64,000 nt of DNA from the NCBI GenBank assembly GCA_963712115.1, contig CAVQGX010000014.1, forward strand, positions 1 through 64,000, given 5' to 3'. The stretch's first letter is position 1, and each line of letters starts with the position of its first letter. The notes under the pieces are model-generated. The model was given only the letters and a program-made list of their open reading frames with translations. It was not told the origin of the DNA and did not search any database. Shown piece after piece: positions 31,227-41,060 of the stretch. A program made the position numbers and the translations under genes. Source of the DNA: an uncultured delta proteobacterium. Lineage in GTDB: Bacteria > Desulfobacterota > Syntrophobacteria > BM002.

Positions 31227-32924
31227 ATGAAAGTGAGTGAACTTTATTCTGTGAGTCCTGATGGTGAGAAATTTCGACTGCCGGCTCCGAGTGACTATGC
31301 GAAGGAATACGAGCGACTCCAACAATTAGTCGAAGAACAGCGCGCTCTGGGGCGTGAGATTGTGGTGGTCATGGGCGTGGGATTTGTGGGCGCGGTGATG
31401 GCTGCTGTTGTGGCTGACACTGAAGACAAGAAGGGTAATCCCAATAAGTTCGTCATCGGCATGCAGCGTCCCAGCGTTCGCAGTTTCTGGAAGATTCCTC
31501 TGCTCAACCGGGGGTTGCCACCAGTTGAGGCTGAGGATCCTGAAGTTGCCCCAATGATACACCGGTGTGTGAAGGAGAAAAAGACCCTCACAGCGACATT
31601 CACCTACGATGCTCTGAAGCTGGCTGATGTTGTAGTGGTGGACGTTCAGTGTGACTACCTGAAGGAGTCATTTGGAAATGTACGGGACGGGCAAGCAAAT
31701 ATGGCTGCTCTCGAAGAGTCCCTGGGAATTATTGCAGAACACATTTCTCCTGAAACGCTAGTTTTGATCGAGACAACAGTTGCTCCTGGCACAACCGAAC
31801 AGGTGGCCTACCCCATCATGAGAAAAGTGTTTCGTAAGCGAGGCATTCATACTGACCCACTGTTAGCCCACAGCTTTGAGAGGGTGATGCCTGGGAAGAA
31901 ATACGTTGCCAGTATTCGTGATTTCTGGAGGGTTTGCAGCGGTATAAATGATGAAGCTACACGGAGGACGGTTAAGTTTCTTGAAGACGTTATCAATACT
32001 GAAGAGTATCCATTGACAGTATTGGACCGGCCCATTGAATCGGAAACGGCAAAAATCGTGGAAAACAGTTTTCGCGCGACCATTCTGGCCTTTCTTGACG
32101 AGTGGAGTATTTTCGCAGAGCGAAATGGCGTAGATCTTATCAAGGTAATCGAGGCCATCAAAGTTCGGCCCACGCACAGCAACATCATCTTTCCGGGCCC
32201 AGGCATTGGCGGCTATTGTCTGCCGAAAGATGGTGGTCTTGGCTTTTGGGCTTATCGGCACATCCATGGATTTGAGGACGACATTTTTAAGATCACACCT
32301 CTGGCCATTGACATAAATGACACCAGGGCCTTGCATGTTGCTCAGCTCACCCGGGACGCTCTTCGCAATATGGGCCGCCCACTCGCGGCAGCAGAAATAC
32401 TGGTCTTGGGAGCCTCCTATCGGGAAGATGTGGGAGATACCAGGTATAGCGGTTCCGAGTTAATCGTACGTCGGCTCACCGAGATGGGGGCTGAGCTGCG
32501 AGTCCACGACCCTTATGTCAAGCATTGGTGGGAATTCGAGAAACAGGATGTGTACCCATCACCGACCCACAGTCTAAAAAGATTCTTCCGCGGCCAGGAG
32601 AAATTACAGGATCTGCTTGTGGAGCAGGATCTGGCCAAAGCTTTGCGAGGAACTGATTGTGTTATTTTTGCAGTAAGGCACAAGCATTACCTGGACCTTG
32701 ATCCTGATGAGGTTGTGGAAATTGCTGGTGGGCCCATGGCTGTAATTGACTGTTTCGGGATCCTGGATGATGCGAAGATTAAGCGCTACTTCGAGCTGGG
32801 CTGTGAAGTTAAAGGCTTGGGGCGTGGTCACGTGAAGAGGATTAAGGATCAGGTGCGGGCGGAGAGGGAGGAGATGTTGCTGCGGATGAGTGGGGAGACA
32901 AAGGTCAAGCTGGTTGGGAAGTGA
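31227..32924 (+). CDS. Nucleotide-sugar dehydrogenase (UDP-glucose/GDP-mannose dehydrogenase family)
   Basis: GVGFVG Rossmann motif, ETTVAPGTT, ERVMPG, KIVENSFR, PGPGIGGYCLPKD. Confidence 0.92.
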   Translation: MKVSELYSVSPDGEKFRLPAPSDYAKEYERLQQLVEEQRALGREIVVVMGVGFVGAVMAAVVADTEDKKGNPNKFVIGMQRPSVRSFWKIPLLNRGLPPVEAEDPEVAPMIHRCVKEKKTLTATFTYDALKLADVVVVDVQCDYLKESFGNVRDGQANMAALEESLGIIAEHISPETLVLIETTVAPGTTEQVAYPIMRKVFRKRGIHTDPLLAHSFERVMPGKKYVASIRDFWRVCSGINDEATRRTVKFLEDVINTEEYPLTVLDRPIESETAKIVENSFRATILAFLDEWSIFAERNGVDLIKVIEAIKVRPTHSNIIFPGPGIGGYCLPKDGGLGFWAYRHIHGFEDDIFKITPLAIDINDTRALHVAQLTRDALRNMGRPLAAAEILVLGASYREDVGDTRYSGSELIVRRLTEMGAELRVHDPYVKHWWEFEKQDVYPSPTHSLKRFFRGQEKLQDLLVEQDLAKALRGTDCVIFAVRHKHYLDLDPDEVVEIAGGPMAVIDCFGILDDAKIKRYFELGCEVKGLGRGHVKRIKDQVRAEREEMLLRMSGETKVKLVGK

Positions 32925-33330
32925 GATCAGAGGTCGGAGGACGGAGGTCGGAGGACAGTTTCACTAGGCACTAAGCAGTAGGCACTAGGCACTCCCGTTG
33001 ACGCGATTGGAGGCAAGAACTCAGAGGTCGGAGGTCAGGCAGGCGTGGTTCAGCAAGCAGCAAAAGATAATTAACCGCAGAGGGCGCTGAGAGCGCAGAG
33101 AAAAACCTAACCGCAGACGAACACAGACGTTTTATTAGACAGGATTAACAAGATGTACAGGATGAGAACGAAGAGAAAACAGGATCGCTTAGGTGCCCCC
33201 GCTAAGCGGGGCGTCCCGATGGGCACATCGGGACTAATGGGAAGGAGTTTTCAGCAGCCCTTAAGCGATTCAAAAATGGATTCGGTTAATCTTGTCTCTT
33301 TCATCCGGTAGATCCTGTTAATCCTGTCAA
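32925..33330. repeat. Composite heptamer/nonamer tract with a 28-nt inverted pair
   Basis: GACAGGATTAACAAGATGTACAGGATGA (33138) against TCATCCGGTAGATCCTGTTAATCCTGTC (33301). Confidence 0.8.
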
Positions 33331-33439
33331 ATTAACTTAGGAATTTACGTTAACTGGTCGTCGTTTAGCGTCACAATCAAAATAAAATGGTAGAAAGATA
33401 ATTGTCATAGATCAATAATATTAGTAGTGGAGAAATATA

Positions 33440-33649
33440 ATGATTTTGTCATACTGCAAACATTGCGAACATCATTCTACGTTAGAAATAGACGGTCATA
33501 TTCATTCAAGATGTCTGAAGGAAAATTGTCTAGTTATTTATAGTAAATGCTTGACGGAAAAAGCTGTCGAGAAGCTTTTACGCGAGAATGAAGATCACAA
33601 AAAAGAGCTGGAAAATTCTGCACTGGATATATGTTATCCAAAGGCGTAA
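33440..33649 (+). CDS. Small Cys/His-rich hypothetical protein
   Basis: GGAG RBS; CKHC..C..C..C. Confidence 0.55.
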   Translation: MILSYCKHCEHHSTLEIDGHIHSRCLKENCLVIYSKCLTEKAVEKLLRENEDHKKELENSALDICYPKA

Positions 33650-34140
33650 GGCGAAGGGCATAGAGCATGGAGCATAGGGCATGGAGTTAGAGGTCGGAGG
33701 TCGGAGGTCAGAGGAAAGAAGTCAGATTGCGAAGTGCGAATTGAGGAAAGGCGCAAGGCGTAGGGCGCAAGGCGATTTGGGTCATTAGGCTTCGCCGTCA
33801 TTAGGTCACTACGCTACGCTGTCATTTATTGTAAGAGGTAGAGGTCAGAGGTCGGAGGACAGAGGTCGGAAGACGGAGGTCAGTTTCACTAGGCACTAAG
33901 CAGTAAGCACTAGGCACAGCAAGGCGAATCGGGGACGGGGAGAGACGGAGACGCGGGGGAAAAAGGCAGAGGCCAGATGAGGATTTCGGATTGCGAAACT
34001 GGGAACTCGCCCGAAGGGTGGGAGTCCGAAGGACAATTTAAAAGCAAGGAGACAGGAGTCAGCCCTTCGACAGGACCTGTCGACGAGCTCAGGTCGAGTC
34101 GCTCAGGCGAGTCGAGGCCCGCCCTACCAGTTGATAATAC
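33650..34140 (+). repeat. Composite heptamer tract with palindromic inserts and a GTAG-foot REP
   Basis: GAGCAT(A/G), GGCGCAA, GTCATTAG, GGAGGTC and CACTAGG arrays; minus-strand GTAGGGCGGGCCTCGACTCGCC near 34106..34127. Confidence 0.8.
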
Positions 34141-34143
34141 CGG

Positions 34144-34413
34144 TTAGCTTGTTTTATCTATTAGCCCCTTTTCTCGCTGTACTCTCTCGTGTAGCCATAT
34201 TTTGATCAAAGCTCCTCGATCTACCCCGATTGTAGCTCTGATGCGATCGATATCATTGACTAGTTCTTCAGCAATATCAACTGTAATACGGACCTTCTTG
34301 CCATGCCTGATGACCCTGGCCTTGGACGTGTCAATAAGGTCATGAATATCCTCACCGTCATCGAAACGTTGATCAAACTCCTCAGTACTTTTAGCCGATC
34401 TCTTTCTCGCCAT
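34144..34413 (-). CDS. CopG/BrnA-like antitoxin
   Basis: EEFDQRFDDGEDI..LID, RITVD..IDR....GV.RGALIKIWL RHH motif; overlaps the toxin gene. Confidence 0.8.
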   Translation of the reverse strand: MARKRSAKSTEEFDQRFDDGEDIHDLIDTSKARVIRHGKKVRITVDIAEELVNDIDRIRATIGVDRGALIKIWLHERVQREKGLIDKTS

Positions 34414-34663
34414 ATAGCGTAGCCTCCTTTTTCCTGGCGCGTCTCACGGAAATGATTCGGATTGCCTTGCCACGCCAAGTAAATACCGCTGTCCAGAGCT
34501 TCTTTTGGATCTTTCCTATGAGAATGCCTCTGTTCTCAAGTGGATACGGCGGGTGGATTTCCACTCGACTATCATCCTTCCACAATTGTTTGGCGGTATC
34601 AAAATCGATACCATGCTTTATCTTGTTTGTGCGACTCTTGTCTTCGTCCCACTCGAATTCCAT
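34391..34663 (-). CDS. brnT: BrnT-family toxin
   Basis: MEFEWDEDK..NKIKHGIDF ... IRIISVRRARKKE. Confidence 0.9.
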   Translation of the reverse strand: MEFEWDEDKSRTNKIKHGIDFDTAKQLWKDDSRVEIHPPYPLENRGILIGKIQKKLWTAVFTWRGKAIRIISVRRARKKEATLYGEKEIG

Positions 34664-34769
34664 GATGTCACTTTACTTTATTTGTACAAAAAAGCAACAT
34701 ATTTTGTATATATGTTCAAAAAACAACGCTTTCGTCGGTCCGAGTTACAGTGTTGAGATTAAGGGAACA

Positions 34770-35230
34770 GGGATCGGCGGGGAGAGGGAAGTCGGAGGTC
34801 AGTTTCACCAGGCACTAAGCAGTAAGCACTAGGCGCTCCCGCTGACGTGGTTGGAGGCAAGAATTCAGAGGTCTGAGGGCAGAGGTCGGAGGTCGGAGGA
34901 CAGACTTCAGCCGGCAGCGGGCAGCAGGATGACGCGGTGAAGGGGAGAGACGGAGACGCGGCGTTGGGAGTCATTAGGCTTCGCCGTCATTAGGTCACTA
35001 CGCTACGCTGTCATTTATTGTAAGAGGTAGAGGGTCAGAAGATTGCGAATTGAAGGAAGGTGTCAGGTGTCGGGTGTCAGGAGGCAGAAGGCAGAGAGTT
35101 GGAGGTTGGAGGAGCGGCCGAAGAATTTCGGAATGCGGATTGCGGATTGCGGATTTAAAAGCAAGGAGTCAGGAGACAGAGGTTGGTCGTTTAAACCGTT
35201 GAAGTCGTTGAAATCGTTAAGGTCGTAGAC
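34770..35230 (+). repeat. Composite repeat spacer between TA modules
   Basis: GGAGGTC, CACTAGG, GGCAGC, GTCATTAG, GGTGTC(A/G), TTGCGGA and 9-mer GTCGTTGAA arrays. Confidence 0.8.
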
Positions 35231-35233
35231 TGG

Positions 35234-35449
35234 CTAAATGGCATCTCTGGAAAGCTTGTAGTTAACAGGCAACAGTCGGTCTAGATTGACATGCTTGGAG
35301 GCGTCAAGTATTTCGATGCCTATGATTTTATCTCCGTCACCGATGTCTAACACCACATCCTCAGACAGGCGCCTGTTAATAACTTCCTGCTTTCTGTCAT
35401 CCAATCGGATATAAAGAAGGTCGGTTTTATCATTATATGAAACGTGCAT
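35234..35449 (-). CDS. DUF2283-family protein (putative antitoxin)
   Basis: YNDKTDLLYIRL ... IIGIEILDAS. Confidence 0.85.
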   Translation of the reverse strand: MHVSYNDKTDLLYIRLDDRKQEVINRRLSEDVVLDIGDGDKIIGIEILDASKHVNLDRLLPVNYKLSRDAI

Positions 35450-35450
35450 T

Positions 35451-35714
35451 TTATGCCTCCCACTTTCCGTAAAACACATAAACCGTAACAGTTACTATCA
35501 AATCTTCTTCCTTTACATAAAAGACCTCTACCATTTTCTGTTCATAATTTCTACCATGGCGTTCTTTTCTGAATTTATACACTTTAGCTTTCCCAATTCT
35601 GCCGCGCTTTGCGGGTATCTCAAAGCCCGTCTCAATTACATCAGTAATTTCCTCCTCACTCGTTCCACGCTCTTCTGCTGTTTCTAGAGTATGCTGGTCA
35701 ATTTGGATTCGCAT
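35451..35714 (-). CDS. DUF4258-family protein (putative RelE-like toxin)
   Basis: HTLE.AEERG.SEEEI..VI..G ... IVTVTVY; paired with DUF2283. Confidence 0.75.
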   Translation of the reverse strand: MRIQIDQHTLETAEERGTSEEEITDVIETGFEIPAKRGRIGKAKVYKFRKERHGRNYEQKMVEVFYVKEEDLIVTVTVYVFYGKWEA

Positions 35715-36037
35715 CTAACCTCCTCAGCACAACTTTACTATCAGATAAACCCAATAATAGCAATGATAGCAGAGGACAGAAGAGAATTTCGAATTTCGCC
35801 CGCCCGCCTCGCCTGAGCGAGCAGGCTCGCGATGGCGGGCAGGGATTGCGAATTTGCCTTAAGACTTAAGGCTTACGGCGTAAGGCGAAAGGGAATGAGT
35901 CAGGAGAAAAGCAATCAAAATAGAGTTTTTCTCAACTACTGGCTACCGGATTCTATGAATTTGTCTTGGGCCGTGCGCCTTGTGCCTTTTGCCGGATAAG
36001 AAGCGACCTGAGCAACTTTAATTTAGACGGGTAGTTC

Positions 36038-37407
36038 ATGGACAAGCGGTTTGAAAACAACGGAACCAGCATGCGGCTTTCGGCCCATGTTCTCGAGGAT
36101 GTCTGTAAGAAGATGATCAGGATGATCCTCTTCTGTCTCCCAGATACGTTCAGAGGGACGATTTACTCTGTAGGACCTATTCCCGACCTCCGAACGATCC
36201 GTATTGCGAGTGGACGCAGAAATGGACAAACAGACGAGATCATCTGGGGTTTCGCAAATCCGTCAGATTATGATTACCCCGGTAAAGGATGGGAAGACTA
36301 CCGCGATCGTCCAGGTGGTATTTTGGAAGCGATGGCCTGGTGTGTGGAAACACAGAAAAGCTGGACGGCGGACGACCCGGAGAACAACATCAGATGCGTG
36401 CGAAAACAACTGGAGGGCAAGGCCAGCGAAGACTACCACCACATGGAACCTGTGCTAGTTAAGAAAGCAGATCTTTGGGATGAAATGCCACCCTCCGGCT
36501 CGTTTCCTGTGGACAGCTCAGGAAAACCGCTCTGGGTGGATAGCCCTTACGCAACCGTGGCAGTTATTAAAATACATTTCCTGCCGGGAACAATAAAACA
36601 GGGTGACAGGTCCACGAGAGTTATAAAAGAATTGTCTCATTCATTGGGAACCCAGATGCTTTCCCTGCACGCCAGGGAAGTTGCTCTGGAAAAAGGAGAG
36701 AGACTTATAGAAGAAAGAAAGGAAACCTGCGACATACTTGCCCATGAATTCAGGAACCTGGTGCCAAGGATGGGATTTGCCTACCGTGCTATTAATAATG
36801 AGATCTCTTACTTGCGTGAAATGTGGGAGAACTTGCTTCATGAGCACTGCCCTGAGCAGTCAAGCAAAAAGGTGATTTTGGGTCAATTAGTATAGCATTT
36901 TGCTTGATTTGGAAGAAAGACCATGATGATTCAAACTTATTAAATGAAATTGGTAGATTATCACGCTATCAAAAGCAATTGATGGAATCTTGTCTTTTGC
37001 CTCATCAAAATGAGTCGTGGTTGCGTAACAAGATAAGGCCCTTATGGCAGGTGATTCTTTCCAAGACCGACTTAAACTCGGATGTGAAAAGCCAAGTCGA
37101 GGAACTCCTGGAAGATTTAAGAAAGTCGTTTCATCTGGGGCTGGACAAGGAACTTAGAGATAAAATTGACGCTATCCCCGAAGAATTAAAGGAGAAATGG
37201 GTTGAGTTGGCTTACCGGGAGCTGAATGGAAGAAATAATGTAATGCTCAGGGAATACATACAGCTGCTCGACAATGTAGATTTAGACTTGCCGCGTAAGA
37301 GGCACTGTGTGAAGAATTTGGTTTACTTGAAATCGTTGGTGGAATTGATACCGGAGGTGGAGGAGAAGCTAAATCACCGACTGGAGCAGTTGAAAAACTC
37401 GAAGTGA
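36038..37407 (+). CDS. Hypothetical protein with H-box-like LAHEFRN (split near 36890)
   Basis: ORFs 36038..36895 and 36904..37407 abut and are probably one gene. Confidence 0.6.
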
Positions 37408-37418
37408 CCGAGTTTTTT

Positions 37419-37970
37419 AGGCACGGGTCGCCTTACAGAATTCCACGGATCTAAAGGCTTTTATCTCTCACAGAGAGCGCAGAGATCTCAGAGGATAACC
37501 CCTCAGTAGATACAAGAGGATCGCCAAGAGTCCAACGGTGACCCTACAGAGAGGGAAAATAAGCGAGCTTGTTTTCCTCTCTGTAGGGACCCCCTAGTGT
37601 CTCGATGGCTCCCCATCGTGACACCCGCCTGTCGGCGGAAACCCTTGAGCGATCCGAACACATCTCCTCATTTGTTTTCATTTGAGCTCTCGGAGGGCTC
37701 GAGCGAGACCGCAGAGCGGGGGAGTGGGCGAGAGATGCTTATCCGTGTAATTCGTCAAACCTGCCATCACGCCCACCTAGCGGGGTCCTTTAAGCGATCC
37801 GTGCATTCACTCAATTTCTCTTGTTTCTCTCATCCTGCATATCCTGTTAATCCTGTCTCATTATGGCCTTTTCGTTCATTGCAGATTGGAGTGTAGTGTA
37901 TGTTTGTCTGCTAACTCCTGCTGTTAAGTCCCCGCTGTTGTCTTCTTTTTACCCATGCCCTATGCCTAAT
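37419..37970. repeat. Nested inverted nonamer/heptamer arms enclosing a GATCGC-ended palindromic element
   Basis: Opening CACGGA and CACAGAG arms, element 37518..37654, closing arms at 37681, 37741, 37830 and 37951. Confidence 0.65.
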
Positions 37971-38018
37971 TTGGTTGATTTGGGTTAGAAGAATTTTGGA
38001 GAGCCCACACGGAGGCCC

Positions 38019-38372
38019 ATGCTAATGACTAATCGTCGTAGGGAACCAAGGTTTACCATGCGGTTTCCGGTGAGACTCTGCAGGGATCGATTGAACCTGT
38101 GGTTTGAGGGCACGAGTGTGAATATGAGCCAGATGGGGGCCTTTATCAGGACAGAAGACTGGAGCTCTTTCCAGGTTAACGACGAGGCAATCGTCACCTG
38201 TTTTCTCCCACCAGATTTTAGCGGACAGGATGAATTCATAGCCTTGCAAGGGGAGGCGACAATTCGGAGGCTTGATCCAGTGAATAAGTGTGTGGCTGTG
38301 GAGTTTGTGAAGAGTTTTAAGCAGTTTGAGAGGTGCGTTGACGAGTCAACGCGCATGGGGAATGGAGCATAG
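38019..38372 (+). CDS. PilZ-domain protein
   Basis: RRREPR and NMSQMG c-di-GMP motifs. Confidence 0.85.
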   Translation: MLMTNRRREPRFTMRFPVRLCRDRLNLWFEGTSVNMSQMGAFIRTEDWSSFQVNDEAIVTCFLPPDFSGQDEFIALQGEATIRRLDPVNKCVAVEFVKSFKQFERCVDESTRMGNGA

Positions 38373-38598
38373 AGCATGGGGTTAAAAACATTACAGGCGC
38401 ATAATTCAAACTTTTTGGTGGATGAAGGGGGCACAAAACAATGGCAAAATTCAGATTTCAAGATCTACGAATCTGGCAGTTGGCAATTGAAATAGCTAAT
38501 GAACTATTTGATATTGCAGATGAGCTCGAAAGGAAAAAATTATACCGGTTTGCTGACCAGCTCAGAGGCTCCGGAATGTCTATGTCTAACAATACGCG

Positions 38599-38871
38599 GC
38601 CTGTGAAATAAAGAAATGTATTATGTTTACGTTCTAAAATCAGAGCGCGATGGTGGTTTTTACATCGGTTGTTCAAAAGACCTGAGGCAAAGGGTTGAGA
38701 ACCATAAAGCAGGAAGGGTGAAGTCGACGCAGAACAGACTCCCCATTGAGTTGGTTTACTATGAAGCGTGCCTGGACCGGAGCGATGCCTTTCGCAGAGA
38801 GAAGTATTTAAAAACTACTTATGGAAGAAGATACCTGCGAAACCGGCTGAAAGGATATTTCACAGGCTAAA
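38599..38871 (+). mobile_element. Mini-element: inverted repeats enclosing a GIY-YIG gene
   Basis: Perfect 12-bp IR GCCTGTGAAATA (38599..38610) / TATTTCACAGGC (38856..38867) within the four-helix-bundle gene. Confidence 0.75.
38616..38870 (+). CDS. Stand-alone GIY-YIG nuclease (UPF0213/SLX1-like)
   Basis: YYVYVL..FYIG.SKDL..R..H..G.VKST..R.P.ELVYYE..A..RE.YLK. Confidence 0.92.
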   Translation: MYYVYVLKSERDGGFYIGCSKDLRQRVENHKAGRVKSTQNRLPIELVYYEACLDRSDAFRREKYLKTTYGRRYLRNRLKGYFTG

Positions 38872-39158
38872 AAGGTTCAGGATCTTCATCAAAGAAGGAA
38901 TTCAGACGTTTCCTTAGCATCGCACGAAGGTCAACTTTCGAGAACGCTAATATTGTCATTCTATTGGAGATGAGAAAGCTTATAACCAGTAATACTTTGG
39001 ATTCTCTTCTAGATCGGCTCGACAGCCTGTGCCGACAAATTACTAGTTTCCAGAATTCGCTTTGACCTATCAGTCTTTCCCTATGCTCTATGCCCTCTGC
39101 CCTATGCCTCACCTACTGACTACTACATCCAACACCTCGCGCGTCTGAAGTATGGCCT

Positions 39159-40708
39159 ATGTATTTGTCACATTACAATTTAGCTGAGAAGCCGTTTCAG
39201 ATAAGTACTGATCCGAAGTTTCTCTGGCTGGGGGAGAAGCACAGGGAGGCTTTGGCGGTGCTGAAGTACGGCATTATCAACAACCAGGGCTTTGTCCTGC
39301 TCACCGGTGACGTGGGTACCGGCAAGACCACCCTGATCAATGCCCTGGTAAACAGCCTGGACAAAGACACCATTGTTGCGGTTGTGTCTGACCCGAAACT
39401 AGACAGGCTCGAGTTCTTTAACCTCATTGCCAAGGCTTTCAGATTCAAAAAATCATTCAAAGACAAGTTGGATTTCACCATCTATTTCAGCCAGTTTTTG
39501 AAAGCTGCATACAGAGCAAACAAAAAAGTGCTGCTGATTATAGACGAAGCACAGAACATTTCTTTGGATTTGCTGGAAGAGATTCGATTACTATCAAATA
39601 TAGAGATTCCAGAGAGAAAGCTCTTGAATATATTTTTCGTAGGGCAGAATGAATTCAATAATATCTTAATGCGAAACAAGAATGCAGGCCTCTAAGACAG
39701 AGAATTACAGTAACCTATAATATTGAACCTCTGACTGAGACCGAAACAGGAGAATACATTACACATCGATTAAAAGTTGCCGGGGCCACCAGTGAAATAT
39801 TCACTAAAGGGGCAATTGGAAAAGTATACTCCTTCTCCAAAGGTTACCCACGTCTGATCAACATTATGTGTGATCATGCCTTGCTGACTGGTTATGTTAA
39901 GGATCTTACGACAATCACACCTAAAACAATTAAGGAATGTACCAAGGAACTCAGACTTCCTGGTGAAATCAAATCCAGTAAGGCACAAAAAGTAAGACCC
40001 AAACAGAGAGAAGGGAAAATATTCGGGAAAAGAGCTATTCTTTATTCTTGCTTGCTCTTCCTTCTGATCCCTCTTTTTTACCCTCCTGTGTCAACTACAC
40101 TAAAAGGTTATCTCACCAATGTGATCAATTTCTACGACGAGTTATTTCAGCAGCTTGCCGGTCTGGCACACAGCTATAATGCCCAGGAGGTAGGAGTAAA
40201 GGAGTATGAGAGAGCAAGTCAAACTACCACTCCGTCGCTGAATCAATTAAGTAATACAGACAGCAAACCATCTTCCGATGATATTGTTAAAATAGATAAA
40301 TCTCCTGGTGACGAATCATCAAATCTAGGTGAACATAGCTTTAATCTAACTGATTGCCAGCTGACAATCCCATTTGGATACAATTCAAATGAAGTACCAG
40401 AAACTGCTTATGGTCCATTGGACAAATGCGCTTCGATGATGTTGCAGAACCCATCAATTGCCATGATTATCAAGGGCTACAGTGATGGCGCCGGCCCTTA
40501 TGCTTACAATAATAAGCTTTCAGAATTTCGCGCAAACATTGTGAAAAGTTATCTTGTCGGCCAAGGGATAAGCCCCAAGCGAATCAAGACTGTAGGTATG
40601 GGGGAGGAGAGTCCCTTGGAGTCCAACACTACGGCAGCGGGGCGGAGAGCCAATAGGAGAGTAGAAGCGGAGGTAGAGATCAGAGGTCAGAAGTCAGAGG
40701 TCAGATGA
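39159..40708 (+). CDS. ExeA/GspA-type AAA ATPase with C-terminal OmpA-like domain (frameshift near 39685)
   Basis: MYLSHYNL.EKPF, GDVGTGKT, IIDEAQ, GYPRLIN.MCD; GYSD..YNNKLSEFRA..GRRANRRVE. Confidence 0.88.
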
Positions 40709-40758
40709 CAGACTTCAGCTGGCAGCAAAAAGCATATTAACCGCAGACAGGCGAGAGT

Positions 40759-40922
40759 GGGGTACTAAAACCAAATTCATGCATCCTTCCGATTTACGAA
40801 GTCAGTCAGATTGTTCTAAACTAAGAACAGTTCACGTTCCTGCAACCATTCTCCACGAGAGACAATCTTTTGGTTCTGCGCTGATCCGGTCGGATTTCTC
40901 ACACAAGTTTTCACTTACCAGT
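40759..40922 (+). repeat. About 160-bp non-coding element, second copy at 51564..51722
   Basis: Shared GGGGTACTAAA.CCAAA.TCATGCATCCTTCC ... CACGTTCCTGCAACCATTCTCCACGAGAGACAAT ... AAGTTTTC.CTTAC.AGT. Confidence 0.8.
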
Positions 40923-41060
40923 AACGTACTATGATTCTATGCCGTGGCTGGCCCTATTGGCCTCTGCATTGTCAGGCAATGTGGGCATTCCCATAAAACC
41001 TGCTCTACTTGAGATAATTACCAATGGCTCTCACACCCAATCCTGGGAGGTTTACCTGCG

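Larger units (their letters stand above)
38441..39065 (+). pseudogene. Four-helix-bundle protein (TIGR02436/Avd-like) interrupted by a GIY-YIG element
   Basis: 5' half MAKFRFQDLRIWQLAIE..DQLRGSGMSMSNN; 3' half GSGSSSKKEFRRFLSIARRSTFE..FQNSL*; the conserved SNIAEG motif is split by the insert. Confidence 0.88.

Noticed and set aside
34759-35228. Short ORFs over repeat tracts (also 18698, 20986, 37597, 45323, 58156, 58508, 59616, 62769)
   Set aside because: They are translations of repeats or MITEs (e.g. SDL/RSEV patterns) with no RBS or domain support.
38599-38871. Group I intron or intein carrying a homing GIY-YIG
   Set aside because: The ORF fills almost the whole insert, leaving no room for a ribozyme core, and it is a separate ORF with its own stop.
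38441-39065. Diversity-generating retroelement, because of the Avd-like protein
   Set aside because: No reverse transcriptase and no TR/VR pair with adenine-specific mismatches in the window.
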